Shown here: one piece after another, positions 52,975 to 63,440 of the stretch
How positions within the stretch are numbered: position 1 is the first letter of the stretch
Layout: each line of letters begins with the position of its first letter
Origin: Candidatus Muiribacterium halophilum
Lineage (GTDB): Bacteria; Muiribacteriota; Muiribacteriia; Muiribacteriales; Muiribacteriaceae
DNA length: 64,000 nt
Reading direction: 5' to 3'
NCBI GenBank assembly: GCA_002869225.1
Contig: PKTG01000025.1
Span: 3,885 to 67,884, forward strand
Program-made: the position numbers and the translations under genes
Notes under the pieces: generated by a model
Seen by the model: the letters and a program-made list of their open reading frames with translations, nothing else
What the model was told of the DNA's origin: nothing
Databases searched by the model: none

Positions 52975-53356
52975 CATATCACATAGTCAAAAGCAGCTTC
53001 TTCAGGAAACATCTTTTATCCTTGATCGCTCCGTTGAGTCGATCATAAATGAATTTCAAGACCTTTATAACGATAATCTTAATAGCTCTAATAAAAAAGC
53101 AAATACTCAAAAACTAATTGAATGGGTCTTTACTTTAAGATATCCAGAGTATTCAAAAGCAGTTGAACTCTTTGAAAATTTAAAAAAACAATTATCAAAA
53201 AAAAACATCGAACTTAAGTATGATAGATCCTTTGAAAATGAAGATTATCATATAAATATTAACTTTTCTGATATAAAAGATCTCGAGAGTAGTATTTCCG
53301 TGATTCAAAATAATTTAAAAGATTTAAAAGAAGAATTGGAATATATCAGGCCATGA
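52913..53356 (+). CDS. hypothetical protein
   Basis: ORF overlapping the 3' end of the DUF3084 gene. The true start is probably the internal Met near 52958. Confidence 0.3.
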   Translation: MIRIKQKIKIKQKTKMKRLFNISHSQKQLLQETSFILDRSVESIINEFQDLYNDNLNSSNKKANTQKLIEWVFTLRYPEYSKAVELFENLKKQLSKKNIELKYDRSFENEDYHININFSDIKDLESSISVIQNNLKDLKEELEYIRP

Positions 53357-54321
53357 TATATATAGAAAAAGCATTGTCAGAAAAAGACCCTTTTCTTATT
53401 AAAGGGGTCACTCAAAAGCATGAGTTAATAGAAAATATAAACTCGATAAACGAATCATGTTTAAACGGTGATATTATTCTAAAAAGAAGAAAGAACAGCT
53501 TTATAATTCCTTATCAGTATGGTCATGGTATAACCGGGAAAAACGAGTATGTACTTCGATGGGGAACCGGATGTAAATTCTCGTGTCTGTATTGTTATGT
53601 TCAACAAAAGATAAATTTCACAAAAATATTGACGGTATTTGCTGATACAAAAGCTATTAAAGAAGAGCTTCAAGAGCTATTTAAAATAAAGAAAAAGATA
53701 CTTCTTAATGCTGGTGAAAATTTTGATTCTTTTATTTGTGAAAAGGAAACAGGTTTTACTTCCAGATTGACTAATATGTTTTCTGATTTCCCCGAACTTA
53801 CAGTAGAATACAGGACAAAATCCCTTATTCCTGAAAATTATATAAATAATGTGAACTCACAAAACACGTTCATCGCAATTTCACTCAACCCTTACTACAT
53901 AAATAAAAGATTTGAAAAAGGAACATCAGATCATAATGATAGAATACAAAACATAAAAGCTCTTTTAGATAAAGGACACAGATTAGCTTTAAGAATCGAA
54001 CCTGTTATTCTTATAGATGATTACCTTAATCATTACAAAAAATTCTTCAGACAACTCTCAGCAGAATTTGATATAAATAGACTTGAAAGTATAGATATAT
54101 CACTTTTAAGATTGACTAAAAAAGGTTTTAACTTCGTCAAAAAAAATCGCGAGATAATGAGTGGAGAGTGGATACTTTCAACTTCCGATAACAAGTACAG
54201 ATATTTTATCAGACAAAGGATCATAGCTTTAAAAGAATTAAAATATGCATTATCAAAAGTCTATAAAGGTAGTATATATATTGGAGGAGAACCAAAAAAT
54301 CTTCTTAAATATATGATATAA
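53353..54321 (+). CDS. radical SAM protein, spore-photoproduct-lyase (SplB/COG1533) family-like
   Basis: WGTGCKFSCLYCYV matches the SplB-family GCxxxCxYCY cysteine motif. Size is 322 aa. Confidence 0.45.
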   Translation: MIYIEKALSEKDPFLIKGVTQKHELIENINSINESCLNGDIILKRRKNSFIIPYQYGHGITGKNEYVLRWGTGCKFSCLYCYVQQKINFTKILTVFADTKAIKEELQELFKIKKKILLNAGENFDSFICEKETGFTSRLTNMFSDFPELTVEYRTKSLIPENYINNVNSQNTFIAISLNPYYINKRFEKGTSDHNDRIQNIKALLDKGHRLALRIEPVILIDDYLNHYKKFFRQLSAEFDINRLESIDISLLRLTKKGFNFVKKNREIMSGEWILSTSDNKYRYFIRQRIIALKELKYALSKVYKGSIYIGGEPKNLLKYMI

Positions 54322-54331
54322 TTATATTATC

Positions 54332-55510
54332 ATGTTTTTAATTAATTGGATCTTTTATACATCTTTTTTTTATGTGATAGTATTTCCTTTTCTATTTCCA
54401 TTAAATCTTGTCTATCTTTTTTTTAAAAACAAATCTTACAATTCTCATAAAAAAAATACAATTGATAGAATCACTATACTAATTCCAGTCTATAACGAAG
54501 CCAAAACGATCATTGATACGTTATTACATGTTAAAGATATCGATTTCAATGGAAATCTCACTATTTATCTTATCGATGACAATTCTACGGATAACACAAG
54601 GGATAGAATAACCGATTTCATCGAAAGTAATCCTGATTTAAGTATCTCACTATTTTCTAATAATAAAAGAATCGGTAAGGCTGGTATAATGAATCGCTTT
54701 ATACCTGAGATCAAGGATGAGATCGTTTTAGTACTTGATGCTAATATAAGACTTGCAAAAGATTCTCTTATCAATATGACCTCATATTTTAAAAAAAATA
54801 CAGGTATCCTTTTTGGAAACCTTATATTACAGAAAAACCACTATTCTTCGATCACTGAAGAGGAGATATGGTATTGGAATCTGGAGACTTTTCTTAAGAG
54901 GATTCAAAATAGTATTGGAAATATAACCTCTCCTGTTGGAGGTTTTTACCTTTTGAGAAAGAGTCTGTTTGAAAAAATTCCTTCAGAATGTCTTACAGAA
55001 GATATGTATCTTCTTTTAAAAATATTATCAAAAAATTACTCCTCTAAATTTTGCTATAAAGCCAAAGGGTATGAGTTCACCGAAAAATCAACTGTAAGTG
55101 AATTTAAAAGAAAAAAAAGAATAATGAAAGGTGGATTTTATATACTGGGAAAGTTTATTCATGATAAATACTCTTTTAAACTTAAAAAGGTTGATATGAC
55201 GAATCTCATATTAAATAAGTTCATGAGATGGATCTATCCAATACTCTTTTTTGTAAGTATTATAGCTGCTTTATTTGATTTTAAAAGAAATAAAATATCA
55301 CGGACTTATCTTTTATTAAATTTCATACTCTTTTTACTAACAGCAATAGAGTTTATAATAAACACTTTCTTAAATACTCTTCTAGAGGAAAAAAGAATCA
55401 GAGTAAGATTTTTCAAAAAACCACTTTATTTTTATACATTGATGACTTCAGGAATAATGGCTCTCAAAAAGGAACATAAAGGACAGAGATGGGAAAAAGA
55501 TGAAAGATAG
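54332..55510 (+). CDS. family 2 glycosyltransferase, membrane-embedded (possible processive synthase type)
   Basis: GT-A motifs ILIPVYNE, LIDDNSTD and LDAN, flanked by N- and C-terminal TM helices. Confidence 0.75.
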   Translation: MFLINWIFYTSFFYVIVFPFLFPLNLVYLFFKNKSYNSHKKNTIDRITILIPVYNEAKTIIDTLLHVKDIDFNGNLTIYLIDDNSTDNTRDRITDFIESNPDLSISLFSNNKRIGKAGIMNRFIPEIKDEIVLVLDANIRLAKDSLINMTSYFKKNTGILFGNLILQKNHYSSITEEEIWYWNLETFLKRIQNSIGNITSPVGGFYLLRKSLFEKIPSECLTEDMYLLLKILSKNYSSKFCYKAKGYEFTEKSTVSEFKRKKRIMKGGFYILGKFIHDKYSFKLKKVDMTNLILNKFMRWIYPILFFVSIIAALFDFKRNKISRTYLLLNFILFLLTAIEFIINTFLNTLLEEKRIRVRFFKKPLYFYTLMTSGIMALKKEHKGQRWEKDER

Positions 55511-56648
55511 TATAAGTGTTATAATCCCTACTTTTAAAAGAAGTTTTCTTTTAAAACAATGTTTGGAAAGTATTATAGCTTCAATAGAATCAACTACAGA
55601 GATAATAGTATGCGACGATAGTGATGACGAAAGTTGTAAAGAGATAGTTGAATCCTTTGAATATCCTGATATAAAATATATAAGATGTGGCGGAAAAGGT
55701 CAGGGGAACGCAAGAAATATTGGAGCAAGATCATCAACCGGTGATTATTTGTTGTTCATTGATTCCGATGTCATCTTATTCAAAGACACTATCCACAGAT
55801 TTAAAAAACACATTAATAAAAGACACAAAATAGTTCTCGGAAATATTCTCTTTCCAGAAATACCAATATCCCACAACAATGCTATAACCGATCTAGGCTA
55901 TTTCTTTGGAAATATCAATGACCCAAAAACTAACTTTATAAGATTCCTACCCTGCCTTCTTTTGATCAAAAAAGAGCTATTCATTAAAAACAAAGGTTTT
56001 GATAGTGAATTTGCAGGTTATGGTTTCGAAGATATTGAACTCGGGTATAGAATTTGCAAAAATTCAAAAAACATCTTATTTGATAAAAAAGCAAAAGGGT
56101 TACATTATAACAACAGGACTTTTGACAGTATAAAAAAAAGAGCTAAAAAAGTTGCAAAAGCATCTCTCCTTTTTTTTCAGAAACATCCTGAATATCACAA
56201 TCCATATCTTCTGCCAATTCAGCGACCATTTTCAGAAGATGCTTTTAAAAAATCAAGAGATCACATACTTAAAGTCTTACTTGAAAAGATCGAGCAAAAT
56301 GAGATAATAAATGAGATCATTAGAAAAACTGATAAAAAGAACTACAGAAGATTAAAAAAGAGATTAAAACAAAGAAGCATCAAATTCTTTAATAAGATAA
56401 GCTATTATGAGATCGCTTATCTTTCATCGCATTATAATATAAACCTTAAACTACTTCCAGACACTTTATTGTCAAGATTCATCTCATTAAAAAAAATAAA
56501 TATTAAACATTTGTTCAAAAGTCATTTTATTGATAATAAAAAAGAGATCACTATTGATTATTATTGTTGCGGTGTAAAGAAAGATATTTTCATACCGGGT
56601 TTTGATCTGTTTCTCTTAATAAACCTGTTTCTAAGTAAATTATTTTGA
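55500..56648 (+). CDS. family 2 glycosyltransferase
   Basis: VIIPTFKRSFLL, CDDSDD and FIDSDV GT-A motifs. Confidence 0.8.
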   Translation: MKDSISVIIPTFKRSFLLKQCLESIIASIESTTEIIVCDDSDDESCKEIVESFEYPDIKYIRCGGKGQGNARNIGARSSTGDYLLFIDSDVILFKDTIHRFKKHINKRHKIVLGNILFPEIPISHNNAITDLGYFFGNINDPKTNFIRFLPCLLLIKKELFIKNKGFDSEFAGYGFEDIELGYRICKNSKNILFDKKAKGLHYNNRTFDSIKKRAKKVAKASLLFFQKHPEYHNPYLLPIQRPFSEDAFKKSRDHILKVLLEKIEQNEIINEIIRKTDKKNYRRLKKRLKQRSIKFFNKISYYEIAYLSSHYNINLKLLPDTLLSRFISLKKINIKHLFKSHFIDNKKEITIDYYCCGVKKDIFIPGFDLFLLINLFLSKLF

Positions 56649-56720
56649 TCTAACACTTGTATTTTAATCATGTCTGATTTAACATATAAATAATTAAAAA
56701 GTTGTTTTAAGAGGTGTTTT

Positions 56721-57074
56721 ATGGATAATCATGATATTAACTTAAATAATAGAGTACTTCATGTCACTTTAAAAGATTTCGGAGTAGAGATACCTGAAAA
56801 TTACTGCGATCTATTAAGAAATGAGATAAATCCACATATTAAAGAATTTGACACATTGATAATCGATATGAAAAACATCCCTTATGCTGATTCTAAGATG
56901 CTAGGCTGTTATGTAAACCTCTTTAAGAATATGAACAAAGCAGCAAAAGAGATGATCTGTATTAATGTCCAGCAGCAGGTGTTAAGAATTTTTCAAATAA
57001 CTAATATAACCGAGATAATGCCTGTTAAATCAATGGATGACAGCAAGGATGTTTTAGAGAAATATTCACTTTGA
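56721..57074 (+). CDS. STAS domain protein (anti-sigma-factor antagonist-like)
   Basis: 117 aa STAS/SpoIIAA-like pattern with a candidate phospho-Ser in ADSKMLG. Confidence 0.45.
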   Translation: MDNHDINLNNRVLHVTLKDFGVEIPENYCDLLRNEINPHIKEFDTLIIDMKNIPYADSKMLGCYVNLFKNMNKAAKEMICINVQQQVLRIFQITNITEIMPVKSMDDSKDVLEKYSL

Positions 57075-58160
57075 TTTTTTTCCAAAAAATCTTTTTATTC
57101 CTGACGAGACTTTTTCAGAAAGGTTTTTGTCATCATCTTCATCCTGATCATCTTGCTCAAGAGCATCCGATATATGTTTTTTGATCTCATCAAACACACT
57201 GTCTCTTTCTATTTTTTTCAACTTCATCTGAGCTATTGAAAGAAGTTTGGCTGCACTTTCATCTTTTTTTAGTTTATCCAGAACAAAAGCAGCACTTCTA
57301 AGCTGATTTTCTTTTCCTGAATAAACCATAGCTTTTATTATCTCAAGCATTCTATATTTACCTTCATTTGAAAGCAAAGTGGCTACGTTAGCTTTTACAC
57401 GAGGATCAGGATCTTCTATCATCATCATCACATCTCTGTATAACTTAGGATTTTTAAGATTTATAAGACACTCAACGGTGTTTGCTCTTATTCTCGGATC
57501 GGGATCTTCAAGATATTTTCTAAACACAGGAGCTTGTGTTGAATCGCCGATTCTTCCATAGGTGCTGATCAATGTTGCTATGACAAAAGGATCCTCTTCA
57601 TGTTTTAAAGTATTAAGAATAAGTTCATTATGTTCTTTTGTCTGATTTTCCTGTAATTTTTTTAACACTTCGATTTTCATATCAGGATCATCGCCACCTA
57701 ATATCTGCGAAATATCCTTTATTTTTGCCTTACTCTGAAGTGATATTCTCTTTTTGATTCCATGATATGCATATCTGAGTATATACTGAATCTCACCATC
57801 ATCATATTTATCTATATAAGCTCTGATCTTTTTCATCTTTTCCATATTGTAAAGACCTTTTTTCCTGATAATTTCCTGTATTTCATTTTTTATTTTATTT
57901 CTTGATGTATTATCAAGTTTTTCTTTTTCTAAAACCACTTCTTTCGGTTTAGGATCATTATTGCCTTCGATCTTTTTTAATATATGATTACAGATCTTCA
58001 AAATATCATCGTCATCCGATATTTTCATTATCTTTTTTATAATATCTTTTTTATTTTCAAGCGATATCTTATTTGAATTAATAAGATTTTGAAAAAAAGC
58101 TTTCTTTTTTTCAAAACTGACTGTCTTAAGTTTATTTATTGTATCCTTATTTATCTGCAA
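57066..58160 (-). CDS. HEAT repeat protein
   Basis: Repeated DPDPRIRANTVECL / DPDPRVKANVATLL PBS-lyase-type HEAT motifs and a charged C-terminal tail. Confidence 0.6.
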   Translation of the reverse strand: MQINKDTINKLKTVSFEKKKAFFQNLINSNKISLENKKDIIKKIMKISDDDDILKICNHILKKIEGNNDPKPKEVVLEKEKLDNTSRNKIKNEIQEIIRKKGLYNMEKMKKIRAYIDKYDDGEIQYILRYAYHGIKKRISLQSKAKIKDISQILGGDDPDMKIEVLKKLQENQTKEHNELILNTLKHEEDPFVIATLISTYGRIGDSTQAPVFRKYLEDPDPRIRANTVECLINLKNPKLYRDVMMMIEDPDPRVKANVATLLSNEGKYRMLEIIKAMVYSGKENQLRSAAFVLDKLKKDESAAKLLSIAQMKLKKIERDSVFDEIKKHISDALEQDDQDEDDDKNLSEKVSSGIKRFFGKKSK

Positions 58161-59424
58161 TAGTCCTCTTCACCTCACCTATTAAATATAAAGAACCAGT
58201 GATCAATAACAATTCGTTCTTTTTCTGTTTCTGAATTACAGAATCCAGTGCTTTTTTCAGATCTTCTATAACTAATACTTCCTGATTGTATTCTTCGGCA
58301 ACCTTTCTTTGAAAATCAATATCCATTAGTCTTTTATTATCAATTGATGTGATTATGATCTTATCAGCTATTTTCCCTATTCTACTATAAAAATGTTTTG
58401 CATCTTTATCTCTTAGTATAGTACAAACAACTATAACCTTATTATTCTGCCAGTTTTTCCTCATATATTCATATAATGCATCTATTCCTGATATGTTATG
58501 AGCCCCATCAAATAATATAGATGGTTCTTTTTTAAAAAACTCTAATCTACCTGGAAATTTTGCTTTTGCAATACCTTCTCTAATCTTCTGAGTCTCTATA
58601 TTTAATTCCTCAGCAACCCTTATTGCAAGTGAAGCATTATCTACCTGATGTCTTCCTGGCATATTAATATGCAATCCTTCGATGTCTTTTTCTCCAATAT
58701 AATCAAAATCACAACCATATTTTTTTATTTTCATATTTTTTAATTTGAAATCTTCTTTTAAAAAACATAACCGTGTTTTAGTCTCATTACATCTTTGTCT
58801 TATTATGTTTTTAAGATGTGGTTGCTTCACTCCAGATATACAAACACTATTGTTTTTTATTATACCAGCTTTTTCCTTTGCTATAGCTATCATTGTACTT
58901 CCAAGTATTCCAGTATGATCCTTATCTATTGTTGTAATGACTGATATAGAATTTTTCACTGTATTTGTAGCATCAAGACGGCCACCAAGACCAACTTCTA
59001 CAACAGCATAATCAACTTTTTTTCTTGAAAAAAACAGAAAGGCCATAGCGGTCATCATCTCAAAAAAAGAAGGTTTGACTTCGAATCTTTCTTCTGTCTT
59101 CCTAGCTGCCTCTTCAAGATCTGGAAGTATATATTTAAGATCTACATCATTTATCTCTTTAAGATCAAACCGAATCCTTTCGTTGTATCTTACAAGATGA
59201 GGCGAGGTGAATTTCCCTACTTTAAATCCAGCAGAATGTATTATGTTCTCAATATATGTAGAAGTCGATCCTTTACCGTTTGTTCCTGTAACATGAATAG
59301 TCTTGAAATCTTCCTGTTGATTCCCCAAAATATTCAAAAGATATATGATCTTTTTTAATTCGTATTTTTTACCATCTCGAATATAATCATAAACATATTC
59401 TTTGAGATTTATCTTCCCCTTCAT
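58147..59424 (-). CDS. folC: bifunctional folylpolyglutamate synthase/dihydrofolate synthase
   Basis: Mur ligase family with P-loop VTGTNGKGST; 425 aa. Confidence 0.9.
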   Translation of the reverse strand: MKGKINLKEYVYDYIRDGKKYELKKIIYLLNILGNQQEDFKTIHVTGTNGKGSTSTYIENIIHSAGFKVGKFTSPHLVRYNERIRFDLKEINDVDLKYILPDLEEAARKTEERFEVKPSFFEMMTAMAFLFFSRKKVDYAVVEVGLGGRLDATNTVKNSISVITTIDKDHTGILGSTMIAIAKEKAGIIKNNSVCISGVKQPHLKNIIRQRCNETKTRLCFLKEDFKLKNMKIKKYGCDFDYIGEKDIEGLHINMPGRHQVDNASLAIRVAEELNIETQKIREGIAKAKFPGRLEFFKKEPSILFDGAHNISGIDALYEYMRKNWQNNKVIVVCTILRDKDAKHFYSRIGKIADKIIITSIDNKRLMDIDFQRKVAEEYNQEVLVIEDLKKALDSVIQKQKKNELLLITGSLYLIGEVKRTIADK

Positions 59425-60626
59425 AATATATCCTTTGCTCTTTGCAGTTTTATATAAGCGTTTATCTTATTCATATCAGACATTAAATATTCTTCGATTA
59501 TACTCTGGGCTTTTTTGAAACTCTTTTTCATTGCCATTTGACCAGCGATCTTAACGATGAGATGTTCACGAAATCCGTCTCCTGCGACAAGAGCATATTT
59601 CAAGGCATTTCCTAATTCACTAATATTTAAATAATATTTGGATAAAAGGTAGTTCATATACTTGACCTCAAAATCCAACTCTGATTCTTTTTGTAGATCA
59701 AGTATACTCTTTATTATTTTGTTTGATTTATCTTTTTCCCCTGTCTTAAATTCTAAAATTGCAAGCGAGACTTTTCTTTCAATCTTCATTAGAGGGTCTC
59801 CGATTTGATCTAACTTTCTGAATCTTTCTAAGAGGACTCTTTTTTTATCTACATCTATTTCTTCGTTGTTATCGAGAAAGTATTCATAAATATATCCTGT
59901 CTTTTCTTTTAAGGAAATATCTGCAAGATCTATCTTTTTTAAAAAATAAGACACATGTATTTTTTTCTCTTTATTCATATTATAAATTCTTATATCCTCT
60001 TTTTCATCAAAGTAATCATATATCTTTTTAATATCTTTATACTGCATATTGTTATTTAAAGCGATATTTCTGACTCGTTCAAAATATTTTCTATCCATTA
60101 CCAAATCTGCCTTTTCAGAAAAATAAATATCATAAAATATCTTACCTATATCATCTTTAATAAGAATATCTTTGATTTCGTCTGATGGTTTAGATTTTTT
60201 TTGCATTATACAATATAAAAATTTTTCAAAAACACCTTCCGAATAAATATCTTCAGGATGATCTTTCAGAAAGCTTTTTATCTGTAAATCGATTTCTTTT
60301 TCTTTTTCTAACACTCTATAACTATTACACAATATAGCTCTATAGGTATCTTTCTTTGAACTATTCAACTCATCTAATTGAAACATATAAGGATTTAATC
60401 TACCAAGAACATATAGAATATTTTCCTTTTTACTATTCTCATTCACATCCTTAAGTATATTCATCATAAAAGAATATATAACTTCAAAAGATGTATATTT
60501 CTCTGAGATGTTCAGAGCCTTATTCAAATAATATTTTCCACTAAAAAAGTTCTGATAACCCAATATTAAAAGGATGCTCAACCCTATTAATAAACCGGTT
60601 ATTTTCAGAACATATCTATTCTTCAC
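59421..60626 (-). CDS. hypothetical membrane-anchored protein
   Basis: N-terminal TM helix. Translationally coupled between folC and the xanthine dehydrogenase large-subunit gene. Confidence 0.35.
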   Translation of the reverse strand: MKNRYVLKITGLLIGLSILLILGYQNFFSGKYYLNKALNISEKYTSFEVIYSFMMNILKDVNENSKKENILYVLGRLNPYMFQLDELNSSKKDTYRAILCNSYRVLEKEKEIDLQIKSFLKDHPEDIYSEGVFEKFLYCIMQKKSKPSDEIKDILIKDDIGKIFYDIYFSEKADLVMDRKYFERVRNIALNNNMQYKDIKKIYDYFDEKEDIRIYNMNKEKKIHVSYFLKKIDLADISLKEKTGYIYEYFLDNNEEIDVDKKRVLLERFRKLDQIGDPLMKIERKVSLAILEFKTGEKDKSNKIIKSILDLQKESELDFEVKYMNYLLSKYYLNISELGNALKYALVAGDGFREHLIVKIAGQMAMKKSFKKAQSIIEEYLMSDMNKINAYIKLQRAKDIL

Positions 60627-62955
60627 CAGCCAATACCTTTAAGACATATTCAGGCGTAAAAGGAGCTTTTTTAAATCTTTTTCCAGTTGCATTGTACAAT
60701 GCATTTGAGATAACAGGAAGTGGTCCGTTAATATTTACCTCTGCAATCGATTTTGCACCAAATGGTCCTGTCTCATCATAGGAATCCTCTGCAAGAATAG
60801 TCTTTATCTCAGGCAGATCCTTTGCTGTAAATATTTTATAACGACTAAAACCTTTATTTAACATTGTTCCTTTTTCAGTAAATTTATAATCCTCTACAAG
60901 TGCGTAAGATAATCCATTTACAAGAGCGCCTTCTACCTGTCCTTCTGCTAGTTTAGGATTAATAGCAGTTCCACAGTCAGTAGCTGTCGTATATTTTAAT
61001 ACCTTTATATTTCCTGTCCAGGTATCTATCTCAATCTCAGCAAAATGTGCGGTAAAAGGTGGCGGAGAAGCTTTTGACATCGTAGAACCTGTTGCCTGTA
61101 TCTGCTGCAGATCCTCATTATGCATAGAACTCGTGCAAATATCAGAATAACTCACATTTTTATCAGATCCTTTTATAAAAACTCTTCCATCATGACACTC
61201 AAGTTCCTCTGTATCAGCCTGAAGCATAGATTGAGCATAATCTAGTATTATCTTTTTGACCTTCTGAGCACAATCTTTGACAGCAAGTCCCGAAAGATAG
61301 GTAGTTGAAGAAGCATATGCTCCCACATCAAATGGGGTGACATCGGTATCAGAAGAGATGACAATTATCTCTTCCGTACTTACCTCAAGCACTTCAGCAG
61401 CTATCTGTGATAATACTGTATCCGAACCCGTACCAAGATCAGTAGCTCCCATATTAAGATTAAAGGAACCATCATCGTTCATCTTAATATAAACAGATGC
61501 CATATCAATATATGGTACGGATGATCCCTGCATAAAACATCCCATTCCTATTCCTTTTAAATATCTTTCACCCTTTTGTCTTTCGTTTTTAAAATGATAC
61601 TTTTCTTTTTTCTCTTTCCATCCTATATCTTCAGATGCTTTATCAATACATTGAGGCAATTCACACGAATCAATAGTAAAAATATGTCCTGGTTTTCCTT
61701 CACCTAAAGCTTTAAAGATTGGAGATGTCTCACCTTTTTTTACACAATGTTTTTTATAATAATCAGCCTGATCTATTCCACAATCCTCGCATATCTGATC
61801 TATCATCTGAGTATAAGCAAAATATCCTTGAGTCGCTCCATATCCTCTATAAGCTCCACCAGCTGGAAGGTTTGTATATACTGCTTTTCCAGTAAAAAGC
61901 AGATTAGGTATCTTATTTAAAAGTGGTAATATTTTTGAACCTACACATGAGACTACTGTAAGTCCATGAACACCAAATGCACCTGTGTTCTGGAGTGCAT
62001 CTAATTTTAAGGCATTTATTGTACCATCATTATTATAGCCGACTTTATATCTTATTCTGAAAGGATGTCTTGTCCTTGAGAAAACAAAGGTCTCATCTCT
62101 TTTTAAAACTAGTCTTGCAGGTCTCTTAAGTCTCCACACTATAGATGCGACGATTGGTTCAAGCAAAGCTTCCTGCTTATTACCAAAACCGCCACCTATT
62201 CTAGGTTTGATAACCCTTATCATCCTTACGGGTATTCCGGTTGCAAGCGATACTATTCTTCTAACATGAAACGGAACCTGAGTTGCTGTCACGAGAACAA
62301 GTCTACCTCTTGAATCTATACTACCTAGACATGAAGGATTTTCTAATGGACAATGATGAGCATACTGAGTGAATACTTCACCCTCTTTTATATTATCAGA
62401 TTCTTCAAATCCTTTTTCTACATCACCTACCTTGGCATCGACTTCACTTGCTATATTTTTCTCAGGTATGAAATTTATAGGGATAATCTGTTTCTTATCT
62501 TTTTCCATATGAATTCTTGGACTTTCTGGATCATCATACTTTTCAAAATCAACAAGCGGTTCATAGACCTCATATTTTACTTTTATCTTCTTCATAGCCT
62601 TTAAAGCTGTCTTTTCATCTATCGCAACTACTGCACATACTTTATCACCCTGATGTCTCATAACATCATCAAAGATGACACAATCATAAGGAGCAGGTTC
62701 CGGATAAGACTGCCCCGCTGTAGTAAAGACCTTTCTTTCAACGTTCTTAAAAGAAAATATATCTATAACACCTTCTACTTTCAAAGCTTCACTTTCATCA
62801 AACTCAATTATTTTACAATAAGCATGCGGGGAAGGCATCAATCTTATTACAAGAGTATCCTTTTCATAATAATCTTCGGTGAACTTTTCTTCACCTGTAG
62901 CGAGTCCTATTCCATCAATTTTTCTAACCGATCTATTTACCTCTTTAAAACTCAT
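60616..62955 (-). CDS. xanthine dehydrogenase/aldehyde oxidase family molybdopterin-binding large subunit
   Basis: 779 aa with the GGGFGNKQ motif and Ald_Xan_dh-type architecture. Confidence 0.85.
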   Translation of the reverse strand: MSFKEVNRSVRKIDGIGLATGEEKFTEDYYEKDTLVIRLMPSPHAYCKIIEFDESEALKVEGVIDIFSFKNVERKVFTTAGQSYPEPAPYDCVIFDDVMRHQGDKVCAVVAIDEKTALKAMKKIKVKYEVYEPLVDFEKYDDPESPRIHMEKDKKQIIPINFIPEKNIASEVDAKVGDVEKGFEESDNIKEGEVFTQYAHHCPLENPSCLGSIDSRGRLVLVTATQVPFHVRRIVSLATGIPVRMIRVIKPRIGGGFGNKQEALLEPIVASIVWRLKRPARLVLKRDETFVFSRTRHPFRIRYKVGYNNDGTINALKLDALQNTGAFGVHGLTVVSCVGSKILPLLNKIPNLLFTGKAVYTNLPAGGAYRGYGATQGYFAYTQMIDQICEDCGIDQADYYKKHCVKKGETSPIFKALGEGKPGHIFTIDSCELPQCIDKASEDIGWKEKKEKYHFKNERQKGERYLKGIGMGCFMQGSSVPYIDMASVYIKMNDDGSFNLNMGATDLGTGSDTVLSQIAAEVLEVSTEEIIVISSDTDVTPFDVGAYASSTTYLSGLAVKDCAQKVKKIILDYAQSMLQADTEELECHDGRVFIKGSDKNVSYSDICTSSMHNEDLQQIQATGSTMSKASPPPFTAHFAEIEIDTWTGNIKVLKYTTATDCGTAINPKLAEGQVEGALVNGLSYALVEDYKFTEKGTMLNKGFSRYKIFTAKDLPEIKTILAEDSYDETGPFGAKSIAEVNINGPLPVISNALYNATGKRFKKAPFTPEYVLKVLAGEE

Positions 62956-63440
62956 AGTCTTCCTCCCTCTCTTGCTCTTTTAGCAGCAAGTCTGACTGCA
63001 TCCAATATCTTCTCATACCCAGTACATCTACATAGATTTCCATCAAGCGCTTCAAGTATTTCCTCTTCAGATGGATTCGGATTTTTTTTAAGAAGTGCAT
63101 AAGTCGAAATGATAAAACCTGGAGTACAGAAACCGCATTGAACCGCTCCCGCATCAACATAAGCTTCCTGTATAAAAGAAGGAAAACCGACTCTTCCTAT
63201 ACCTTTAACAGTAGTTATCTCTTTTCCCTGAACACTGATTGCAAATATCTGACACGAGTTTACCGGTCGTCCATCAATCAGGACCATACATGCACCACAC
63301 TGACCTTCTTCACAACCATTTTTAACTTCAGTAAAGCCATTATCTCTTAATGCTTTAAGAAGTGTGGAATCATTTTCAAGTCTTAGTTCTATTTTTTTTC
63401 CGTTTATTTTAAAATTCTTATACATATATACTCCTAACAA
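62952..63440 (-). CDS. (2Fe-2S)-binding small subunit of a xanthine dehydrogenase family enzyme
   Basis: Two [2Fe-2S] cysteine clusters: CEEGQCGACMV and CGFCTPGFI. Confidence 0.9.
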   Translation of the reverse strand: MLGVYMYKNFKINGKKIELRLENDSTLLKALRDNGFTEVKNGCEEGQCGACMVLIDGRPVNSCQIFAISVQGKEITTVKGIGRVGFPSFIQEAYVDAGAVQCGFCTPGFIISTYALLKKNPNPSEEEILEALDGNLCRCTGYEKILDAVRLAAKRAREGGRL

